Positions 26,000-33,708 of a stretch of DNA of 64,000 nucleotides are shown here, piece by piece. The notes beneath the pieces were generated by a model, which ran no database searches, was not told the origin of the DNA, and was given only the letters and a program-made list of their open reading frames with translations. The stretch's first letter is position 1, and each line of letters opens with the position of its first letter. Location of the stretch: the IMG/VR virus record IMGVR_UViG_3300025121_000282, positions 186,001 to 250,000 of that record; one strand, 5' to 3'. The position numbers were made by a program, and so were the translations under genes.

Positions 26000-26506
26000 A
26001 TGGCCACCAAGTCCACCAAGAGCACCACCAAGTCCCCCCGCGCCACCCGCAAGCAGGCCGAGGTCCTCGACGCCCTCGGTTTCCCGGTCCCCGCCATCAT
26101 GGAGGCCGCTCCCGAGCCCGTCGTGGCGCCCGAGCCCGAAATCCCGGTGGTCGTGGCCGTCAAGGCCGAAAAGGCGGTCCGAGTCGTCCCCGAGGCCCCG
26201 CTCTGCCTCTGCGGCTGCCTCGTGCAGACGAGCAGCCACCTGCGGACCTTCCGCCAGGGCCATGACGCCCGGCTGGTGGGCTTCCTGGCCGCCAACGAGC
26301 GGGCGGTCGCGAAGCAGAAGGAGGCCCCTCACAACCTCTCGGAGGCGCAGATCACCGCCGCCTGCCAGATCCGGAACCGCAAGGCGGAGGCCGCCGCCGC
26401 GAAGCTCCCTTCGACCTCGTCGAAGCCCGTGCTGGAGGCCGCTCCTGCGGAGCAGAACGAAGCCGAGCAGAGCACGGACGAGCAGGACGCCGCGAACGCC
26501 GGCTGA
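26000..26506 (+). CDS. family A (CLCGC...GHDAR) protein, copy 3
   Basis: Paralogy; motif at 25929; AAGGAG RBS. Confidence 0.88.
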   Translation: MATKSTKSTTKSPRATRKQAEVLDALGFPVPAIMEAAPEPVVAPEPEIPVVVAVKAEKAVRVVPEAPLCLCGCLVQTSSHLRTFRQGHDARLVGFLAANERAVAKQKEAPHNLSEAQITAACQIRNRKAEAAAAKLPSTSSKPVLEAAPAEQNEAEQSTDEQDAANAG

Positions 26507-26513
26507 TCGGGCC

Positions 26514-26538
26514 TTCGTCTGACCGACCCGCCCGTCAA
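26514..26538 (-). promoter_or_regulatory. antisense promoter motif TTGAC-N15-ACGAA pointing into 26000..26506
   Basis: Exact motif on the - strand just after the stop codon. Confidence 0.65.
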
Positions 26539-26629
26539 GCTTTCCGAGCCGATTGACCGCAGCCTCTGAGGGGCGAAGGAATCCCGAGGGCAGTTTCGCC
26601 CCCCCCCCACCAACAGAGGACCATTTACA

Positions 26630-26962
26630 ATGATCAGCGCTTTTCGGGACATGGTTGCTGAATTCGAACGGACCAAGGCTGCTTTCGAAGCCGCACAACG
26701 GAAGTTGGAGCAGGGACGGCGGCAGTGTGCCCATCTGTGGGGACCCACCCAATACGATCCCATCAGGACCAAGGGATACGAAAAGCAGGACCTCATGGGT
26801 CATTTCACGGTGAGCCAGGACGGTCACGTCAACGCTCCCACGGTGTACATCCCTCCGACCGAAACCCCGCAGTGGGTCCGCACCTGCGAACACTGTGGAC
26901 TGACCGAAACCACCCGGCAGACAACAGAGCAGAAGAGCTACACGCCGAAGTTCGGGCAGTAG
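26630..26962 (+). CDS. hypothetical protein (coiled coil plus CxH...CxxC Zn site)
   Basis: GAGG RBS; motif at 26553. Confidence 0.75.
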   Translation: MISAFRDMVAEFERTKAAFEAAQRKLEQGRRQCAHLWGPTQYDPIRTKGYEKQDLMGHFTVSQDGHVNAPTVYIPPTETPQWVRTCEHCGLTETTRQTTEQKSYTPKFGQ

Positions 26963-26999
26963 GGGGATTGACCGAATCGCACGATGGGTGAAAGAACAT

Positions 27000-27260
27000 A
27001 TGAGCACACCACAAGAAATCCAGGCCCAGAAAACCCTCATTCAGCGGCTCGATGCGGCCGGAATCCTGGACAGTGAGAAGGACTGCGACTTCAAGCTTCG
27101 GGACGAGTTGTTCTTCCGGGTGGGCAACACGATCTTCGGGTATGAGGACCCCACAATCACGGAGGTTCCCTCAACCACGATGGGTGACGATGTCAGCACC
27201 TACGAGGTGAACTACGTCAGAATGCTCGCCGTGTGGGTTGACCCGGTCAAGATCCTGTAG
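27000..27260 (+). CDS. hypothetical protein, probably leaderless
   Basis: ATG 8 nt after GTGAA of the motif at 26968, no SD. Confidence 0.7.
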   Translation: MSTPQEIQAQKTLIQRLDAAGILDSEKDCDFKLRDELFFRVGNTIFGYEDPTITEVPSTTMGDDVSTYEVNYVRMLAVWVDPVKIL

Positions 27261-27278
27261 AAAAATGGGTCAAGTAAA

Positions 27279-27578
27279 ATGAAATGGTGGCTCTCATTCT
27301 GCGATGCAACCCTACCAAGGGGCTCTCAATTCTTGGGTGCTTGCATCGTGGAAGGTGAAAGCATGATCGAGGCGGTAAAGAGTGCACATCGCCTCGGATG
27401 CAACCCTGGTGGAGAAGTCCAGGGCTGTCCTGTTCAAGAAGATCTGGTCATTGCCGATAGGTGGCTTTCACGCTTGTTATCGCGTGAAGAGTGTACACAG
27501 GTGGATGAAGAAGTGTACAAGGCCAAGTTGAAATTGACCGAATCGCACGATCGGTTGAACAAAGGTGCGGGACACTAA
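27279..27578 (+). CDS. hypothetical protein (MKWWLSFCD...GCNPGGEV)
   Basis: 99 aa ORF with typical codon usage. Confidence 0.7.
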   Translation: MKWWLSFCDATLPRGSQFLGACIVEGESMIEAVKSAHRLGCNPGGEVQGCPVQEDLVIADRWLSRLLSREECTQVDEEVYKAKLKLTESHDRLNKGAGH

Positions 27579-28128
27579 CTCAGTTAGCAAAGAATGCCTA
27601 CATTGCAAGGTTTCGTTTGTCCCACCGTACAGAAATAGACAAAAGAAATTTTGTTGTGTAGAGCACTCTCGTCTGTGGCAGAGCCAAACCCTGACTAACC
27701 AGAACACCGTCTCACGCGACGGGAAGTGTCGAAAGTGTGCTATCACCATAGACACCAACTTTCCGGGCAAAAATAGAGGTGGGCGTAGTAGACTATGTGC
27801 CAAGTGTTTCAGCAACTACACCAGTGAGCGTTATCTTTCCAGAAAACTGGCTTTAATTGAGTTTTTGGGCGGAAAATGTCATGACTATGGGCAGCAGTAC
27901 CATTATGCTGCCATGCAGTTTCATCACACGGACCCCAACAGCAAAGAGTTTGACTGGAGCCGTTTAAGACGACAGTCTCTCGCCACTGTGCTAAATGAAA
28001 TTAGCAAGTGTGCTTTGCTCTGCAATAATTGCCATGCAATAAGGCACTGTCAATCCCAGATAAGTGACGAGTCTCTAAGAATGAAAAATAACTTCCTCGC
28101 TGACTTAAGATCGGCGCACGCCTTTTAA
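27565..28128 (+). CDS. HNH homing endonuclease-like protein
   Basis: GGKC...QFHHTDPNSKEF...KCALLCNNCHAIRH, N-terminal Zn/DNA-binding Cys motifs; AT-richer than neighbours. Confidence 0.85.
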   Translation: MRDTNSVSKECLHCKVSFVPPYRNRQKKFCCVEHSRLWQSQTLTNQNTVSRDGKCRKCAITIDTNFPGKNRGGRSRLCAKCFSNYTSERYLSRKLALIEFLGGKCHDYGQQYHYAAMQFHHTDPNSKEFDWSRLRRQSLATVLNEISKCALLCNNCHAIRHCQSQISDESLRMKNNFLADLRSAHAF

Positions 28129-28316
28129 GCGTTGAGGTTCTGGGTTTCTACCCCCAGGTTGAAACCACCACCCGCAAGAATCGATGCGCCCCGAAAAGAA
28201 AGAATCGCACGATGAGTCCCCTGGTGATTGTCCATCACGGGTTATCGTGCGATTGACCCGTCCAACCCGAGATTGAAGTAATCCATGGCACACACATCCC
28301 ACAAAAGGTCCTTGTA

Positions 28317-28541
28317 ATGACAACCCCGGCAGGGCCCATGGCGACAGAGTACGTGGCACACGCTGAAACTTGTCCGCGATGTGAGACTGTAGACCGTGGA
28401 GTTGTGTCTGATTCCCGATTAAGACCAGGGTCCAGATGTCCAGTAGGTAAAATACTGGTCAAAGCAGCAGTGAGGGAAGATGTCCGTTTAGGCAGGTGCC
28501 ATCCCAACGGGCAAAGCAAGAGTTTTGTGTCCCCCAAGTAG
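28317..28541 (+). CDS. small Cys-containing hypothetical protein
   Basis: CPRC...CPVG; motif at 28253. Confidence 0.45.
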   Translation: MTTPAGPMATEYVAHAETCPRCETVDRGVVSDSRLRPGSRCPVGKILVKAAVREDVRLGRCHPNGQSKSFVSPK

Positions 28542-28921
28542 TTCTACTATCCGAAGTCGTGGTCAATCACAGACCATAATCGTGCGATTCCAGAAGGTTG
28601 TAATTGACGAATCGCATGATGGGGTGAAAAATAGTGGGAGTCCGAGAAATTACAACAGGGCAAAGGTGGATAATTGACAGAGCACGGGGAAGGTGGAAAT
28701 ACCCCACGGAAGGAAACGGGGGAGTCCGAAATATACCCCATTTCCCGAAAGGTCGGGGGCCGTCAAATGTATATATCGATATATATTTCCAGAGGTATAT
28801 ATCATCTTGCGCGTGCTCCAATGTACCTGGACGAATATTCGGATACAAACGTTTGATAACTTGTTAGTGCTGTTTTGGTCGCACCTACGTTGTTTCGTTG
28901 TTCCATTAAAAACAGGAGTGT

Positions 28922-29149
28922 GTGACCATGCTCGTCTACCTACTCATCAATGAAAAAGCCACTACCTACCTAGACAAGTGGCGGCTATTCGCTTCTAAAC
29001 AGGAGTGCTTAGCCGCTGCCCGAAAGCTGGGTTATGGTTCGTCCCCGTTCGGAGAATTCGGTTCTCTGAGTGACGAGCCTGGAAAAATTACCCAGGAGAT
29101 GGGTTGTAACCGACTGGCTTGGATATCACCATGGTTCCTGTCATACTAG
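28922..29149 (+). CDS. hypothetical protein
   Basis: AGGAG RBS. Confidence 0.6.
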   Translation: MTMLVYLLINEKATTYLDKWRLFASKQECLAAARKLGYGSSPFGEFGSLSDEPGKITQEMGCNRLAWISPWFLSY

Positions 29150-29305
29150 ACATACCATAGTGAATATACTGTATTGCAGTATGCACCCGGGTTGGTTGTT
29201 ATCTCCTCAAGGTTGTAGTACTATTTTGGTTTTGGAAATTATTTATATCTGGGCTGCAGTAGGTACAAATATTCGGTCAGGATAGAAATTGGAGATTGTA
29301 ATTAG

Positions 29306-29533
29306 ATGCTTGCACTTGGCTTATTTTTAATCACCATCGGCTCAGCTGGTATTGCCATAATTTTGTTTGAGGCTGTAATCGAACTCAGCAAAATGAAACG
29401 CAGAGTCTTCAGCAGCGATCAGTGGGTCGACTTGTTTTCTCAAAACATTATCCTGTTGACAGTAAGTGCTTTGGCTGCTTTTTCCGTCCTTGTGGGGGTT
29501 GTTTTGACCCTCGTTGGTTTGCTCAAAAACTGA
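29306..29533 (+). CDS. two-TM membrane protein
   Basis: GGAG RBS; two hydrophobic helices. Confidence 0.7.
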   Translation: MLALGLFLITIGSAGIAIILFEAVIELSKMKRRVFSSDQWVDLFSQNIILLTVSALAAFSVLVGVVLTLVGLLKN

Positions 29534-29546
29534 GGAGCGTAATGCC

Positions 29547-30338
29547 ATGTCTGAATTGGTAGCCCTTTCTAAAACCTTGCCTCGTCACCCGGGATACGTG
29601 TCCTTCGTGAACGAATCTAGATTTTTACCCGGCAGAAGCCGAATACTCCGTGAGCAAGGAGTCGTTGTCTTTGTCCGTGAATCAGACGGGACGGGAGGAC
29701 TAGAATTCCCGTTCTGGTGTAATTTCCAAAAACTAAAAGACTTGGGTCATACCAAGGGCTGGGTTCCAAAATGGTTTGTCCCCGCGGGCAGAGGACGCGC
29801 CTTGCTTCGGGTCAAACCAACCGAGTACAAAACAATGCCTCTCGGAGAATTCAAGTACAAGACGTGCGAGCCCAACTATCAGTATCAGGACGAGGTAATC
29901 ATGAAAGACTTCTTCCGGCACGCAGAGGGCATCCGGGACGGCTTGTTTGATAACAGGACCTCGTCCGACTTCAAGGGTGAGGAAAACAATTTCAACGACA
30001 CGTTGAGAGCCATTTATGCCAAAATAGCTTCACGTGATTTCCCGTTCGAGGTCGGTGACTGGGTCTATGTCCCGTTGAACGGCGGAGAACTTCAGACCAA
30101 AGCCCAGATTCAGCTGACGAAATATGACTTTGACCCGAATTGTTGTGTTGTGAGACTCGAACCATTTCTTGCGGAAGACGCCACTGGGAAATCCAAACTT
30201 CTCACCAGCGGGGGTGTCCAGGTTATTAGAAAAAGCTTGGTTACGCAACGGGCTTTTCCTCCGGTCCCGTACGAATCCAAGCGAGGAATCGGCGCCAAAT
30301 ACGACCCGACTCCTTATATCAATCTCGATTGGGAATAA
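29547..30338 (+). CDS. hypothetical protein
   Basis: GAGGAG RBS; long ORF. Confidence 0.75.
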   Translation: MSELVALSKTLPRHPGYVSFVNESRFLPGRSRILREQGVVVFVRESDGTGGLEFPFWCNFQKLKDLGHTKGWVPKWFVPAGRGRALLRVKPTEYKTMPLGEFKYKTCEPNYQYQDEVIMKDFFRHAEGIRDGLFDNRTSSDFKGEENNFNDTLRAIYAKIASRDFPFEVGDWVYVPLNGGELQTKAQIQLTKYDFDPNCCVVRLEPFLAEDATGKSKLLTSGGVQVIRKSLVTQRAFPPVPYESKRGIGAKYDPTPYINLDWE

Positions 30339-30417
30339 GTACAAGGCGCAGTAATTATAATTGACTACAAGCTCGGTCTACTGAAATACCCCCACAACCA
30401 AAGGAATAGAGTTTACA

Positions 30418-30681
30418 ATGAGCAAACAATTGATGGCTATCAGTATCCTTGAAGACATGATTGTAGCTGGATGGTCTCCTGAGACTTCTATCCTGGACGC
30501 CATACAGTTCTTGCAAACGTCCACAGATGTGGCAAACCTCCAACCCACAGAAGATTATAACAGAACTCAACGAATTAGAAAACTTAAGCGGGACCTTGCT
30601 CAGGCTGGAGACAGGAGAGACTCGGACGCATGCGACGAAATTGAGGCTGAACTTGACAAACTTCGCGGTTATTGCACCTGA
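30418..30681 (+). CDS. hypothetical helical protein
   Basis: AAGGA RBS; last promoter motif at 30361. Confidence 0.7.
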   Translation: MSKQLMAISILEDMIVAGWSPETSILDAIQFLQTSTDVANLQPTEDYNRTQRIRKLKRDLAQAGDRRDSDACDEIEAELDKLRGYCT

Positions 30682-30689
30682 GAACCAGC

Positions 30690-31033
30690 TGTTTAAAAAT
30701 GCATGCAGGGTTGCCTGCAACTGGGCCATACACCAGTATCTCCAGGCCAACGCTGGGGGGTGTGTAGATTTTGCAGCCAAGTCTACTTGGCACATCGAGT
30801 TGTGCAATTTTTACGTGGCTACGTTTTACGGTTTACCCGATGGTTTTGGGGCGGGCAGCTTTTACCCTGAGGCGCACTCAAAAATACATTCTGAGACCCA
30901 AGAATTAACCGGGTACTTGGACACTGCTATCGGTTTCCCGATCAGAGGCATTCCGGACTACGACCAGCTGGCGTCAAAGTTTTTTGAAATATTCCACACC
31001 ATTGCAATGGCAACATTGGAGTCGCAGCATTGA
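30690..31033 (+). CDS. hypothetical protein, start uncertain (track ORF 30527..31033)
   Basis: Open frame filling the gap; stop coupled to the next TTG. Confidence 0.5.
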
Positions 31034-31392
31034 CACCCGACCATGAATTGCAAACCTTGGGTAATGAGAAGTTTCCGGCCAACTCTGCCAACGTTATTCG
31101 GTGGTGGACGCTTCCTGATAACGCTTACGTGGTGATGTTTGAGTATTATGATGGCTGTGACCTGGAAAATGAGTCAACACCGCTTCCGATGATCCACGGG
31201 GCAATCCGCTTTGATGGGTGTGCAAACTTGTATTCCGACAATCCTGATGGCTCTGGTATGCATTTTTGCGGACCTTATGCAGCACAGGTCATTTTACGCA
31301 TGTACCAAATCGCAGGCGAACAGATGGGTCAGGACTTTAACATCCCAGCTTTGCCTAAAAACTACTCGTTGGAGCGTTACAATGAGCCTTAA
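31030..31392 (+). CDS. hypothetical protein
   Basis: TTGA coupling. Confidence 0.65.
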   Translation: MTPDHELQTLGNEKFPANSANVIRWWTLPDNAYVVMFEYYDGCDLENESTPLPMIHGAIRFDGCANLYSDNPDGSGMHFCGPYAAQVILRMYQIAGEQMGQDFNIPALPKNYSLERYNEP

Positions 31393-32062
31393 TGACCGTC
31401 TTTGTCCCCCACCCAATGAGAAGCTCGCAATTATCGGGATTGAAGTTTCATTCTCAATTCCGGTATTCTTGTCTGTGGAACAAGACCGTGAACTGTCGAA
31501 TCTTATAGGTGAGATTGTCGAATCCCGTTATAATCAGCCCACCGAGGGTGTCCATTGGGTATCAGGCTATGGCTCCAAACCAAATTACAGCCGAATGGAT
31601 GCGATCTTTTTGGGACTAAAACCGGACCCTGAAGCCCCGGAAGATGGAGAGCCCACCTATAACGATTCTATTTATCAGATTGTAACCACAGCCCGTGAAT
31701 TTGTATCTGATTCAGAGCGCTATAATACCAAACTTGAGAGAGACCAGCACCCAAATCCGGTCCCTGAACCGGTCCGCATAGACAAACGCCCTAGCCGCAG
31801 AAGTTATTCTCAGCACGACGAGCGGCTCGACACGCTACCCGAGGGAACCATCATAAGGGACCACACAGGGGTCGTCGTGCATGTGCGTCAAAGTGACTGT
31901 TGGCTCGGTTTTGACTTTAGCAGAGAGGTAGAAACGTACAACCTTACCTACCCTGTGCAGGTTATCTGGGTTCCGGAAACAGAGATTTGTACAGCATGCA
32001 ACGGTGTAACTACAGTTTGTGAAACGTGCGGGTCTCGCGGATGGGTACTTCCCACGCCTTAA
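31382..32062 (+). CDS. hypothetical protein with C-terminal CxxC-CxxC ribbon
   Basis: ATG 31382 overlapping upstream end; CTACNG...CETCG. Confidence 0.7.
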   Translation: MSLNDRLCPPPNEKLAIIGIEVSFSIPVFLSVEQDRELSNLIGEIVESRYNQPTEGVHWVSGYGSKPNYSRMDAIFLGLKPDPEAPEDGEPTYNDSIYQIVTTAREFVSDSERYNTKLERDQHPNPVPEPVRIDKRPSRRSYSQHDERLDTLPEGTIIRDHTGVVVHVRQSDCWLGFDFSREVETYNLTYPVQVIWVPETEICTACNGVTTVCETCGSRGWVLPTP

Positions 32063-32082
32063 AAAGACGGTTAGTCTACAAA

Positions 32083-32793
32083 ATGAACGTGTATGGTCAT
32101 ACTATAAATCACGCCTTAGTGTCAAATAGACTCAAATTTTATATTGACAGAGGAAGAGATTACGTAGATATCTCGGCTGAGTGCCAAAATTGTGGCGCTT
32201 GTTTACATTTTGAATTGGACTCTCAAAAGAATCTCTTTGTCGAGTCTATGTACCCATTTCCTAGTGTGACTCCGTGGAGTGACCCATTTTTGGTGAATTT
32301 TGCAAAACCATTTGAGTGTCCGTATCAGGAAGTTATACCTCTGTCATTTGATTTTGAGGTTAAATCCGGTGTAATAGCCCTCGGAAATGATTTCAGAGGA
32401 AACCTTGAGCTAGAACCTAAAGTCACGCCTTACTTCTCCTACAAAGGTTTGCTTGGTGACCGTACCTACATCCAGCACCGCTATGAATCTTTAAAATATT
32501 TGACAGGTCGAGTCGGCAATACCCACATAACTTTTGTCGACAAGGACGGCGGAATTGATGTTGTGGAGGGGTGGGGCGAAAACGCCGTCCACGAGTTCTC
32601 AACTGAACTGTGGTGGTTCATGATAATGGACGCCGCAGACCTACCATTTGGTTGCACAGACTCGTTTGGTCGTAAAATTGGTTTTCACAAAGTGGAATCC
32701 GGTTGGTACAAATTTACCTACCATCAAGAACTTCTACTAACCGAACTAACCGAGTCACAAGTGTGGGCTACCCTGAGGAAAATTGTATTGTAG
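32083..32793 (+). CDS. hypothetical protein
   Basis: Long ORF; CQNCG. Confidence 0.7.
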   Translation: MNVYGHTINHALVSNRLKFYIDRGRDYVDISAECQNCGACLHFELDSQKNLFVESMYPFPSVTPWSDPFLVNFAKPFECPYQEVIPLSFDFEVKSGVIALGNDFRGNLELEPKVTPYFSYKGLLGDRTYIQHRYESLKYLTGRVGNTHITFVDKDGGIDVVEGWGENAVHEFSTELWWFMIMDAADLPFGCTDSFGRKIGFHKVESGWYKFTYHQELLLTELTESQVWATLRKIVL

Positions 32794-32796
32794 TAC

Positions 32797-33684
32797 ATGC
32801 TTAAAATAATTCTAGACATGGAGACTCAGGACCCGGATGATGTGCTGACCCTGGCTATGCTTGCGGACCATCCACAAGTAGACCTGCTTGCTGTCACCGT
32901 CACCCCCGGAACTCCACACCAAATAGGTGTGGTTTCTCATGTGTTGTGGTTACTGGAAAAAGAAAGTGTACCAGTTGGTAGCTTCAATATCAACCACACA
33001 AAAGGCAGAGGGACTCCACAGGAACATTATGTGACCTGTGTCTCCGACTGGCATTATAAAGCTTTTGGCCCCATGGAACCAATTTCGAAGACTGAAGTCG
33101 GGTGGCAGTTGTTGGAGCGGACTTTAGGCCCTGATACAACCTTAGTAACGGGTGCTCCGCTCAAAAATCCGGGTGCTCTTCTTGAGAATACTGCAAATTC
33201 TAACTTGGGACGCATTTTTGTCCAGGGTGGTTTTGCTGGGCAGGGAGTGGTTCCGGAGTGCGACCAATTGCCAAAATTCAAAGGTTTGGTTTCATGCCCC
33301 ACCTTCAATCTGAACGGCGACCCCAAGGCTGCACTGAGAGTTCTGGAATCTAAAAGGTTCTCTGAACGTAAAATGGTGTCTAAAAATGTTTGCCATGGGG
33401 TTACTTACACCCAAGAGTTCCACGACAAGTTAAGAACCATGGAACGTAGCCGTCAAGGTTTGCGACTGATCACCCGTGTCATGAATTCCAAGATCGGTAA
33501 AGCACTACACGACCCTTTGACAGCTTGCTGTGCCATCGAGCCCAAAATAGGGAAATGGGCTCCTGTTATTGTGTTTAGGACTGTCCATGATGAGTGGGGG
33601 AGTGAGCTAAGCCCAGAATCCACTACTCAAATCATAACATCTTACGACCCCAATTTGTTTTTCCGTACCTTCAGTGCAACCTAA
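32797..33684 (+). CDS. inosine-uridine nucleoside hydrolase (IUNH)-like protein
   Basis: N-terminal DMETQDPDD Asp motif, GAPLKN, FNLNGDP, LHDPL. Confidence 0.8.
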   Translation: MLKIILDMETQDPDDVLTLAMLADHPQVDLLAVTVTPGTPHQIGVVSHVLWLLEKESVPVGSFNINHTKGRGTPQEHYVTCVSDWHYKAFGPMEPISKTEVGWQLLERTLGPDTTLVTGAPLKNPGALLENTANSNLGRIFVQGGFAGQGVVPECDQLPKFKGLVSCPTFNLNGDPKAALRVLESKRFSERKMVSKNVCHGVTYTQEFHDKLRTMERSRQGLRLITRVMNSKIGKALHDPLTACCAIEPKIGKWAPVIVFRTVHDEWGSELSPESTTQIITSYDPNLFFRTFSAT

Positions 33685-33708
33685 TTTGTAAACCGAGGAG
33701 AGTTAAAA

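Larger units (their letters stand above)
26976..28620. promoter_or_regulatory. six operator-like palindromes ATCG-NN-CGAT
   Basis: 26976, 27542, 28204 (ATCGCACGAT); 28244, 28579 (reverse); 28611 (one mismatch). Confidence 0.6.
2249..30385 (+). promoter_or_regulatory. array of about 57 phage promoter-like motifs TT(G/A)AC-N14-16-nYGAA
   Basis: Motif sits just upstream of RBS+ATG, the tRNA or a structured RNA; first TTGAC at 2249, last at 30361. Confidence 0.85.

Noticed and set aside
28110-28195. tRNA-like fold with CTA in a loop after the HNH gene
   Set aside because: The loop is 8 nt, there is no TTCRA T-loop, and there is no proper D arm.
2249-30385. Repeats as a CRISPR array or integron attC sites
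   Set aside because: The motif is bipartite with a variable core, spacing is 70-1500 bp, there are no constant-length spacers and no cas genes. There is no RYYYAAC...GTTRRRY palindromic attC fold and no integrase in the window.
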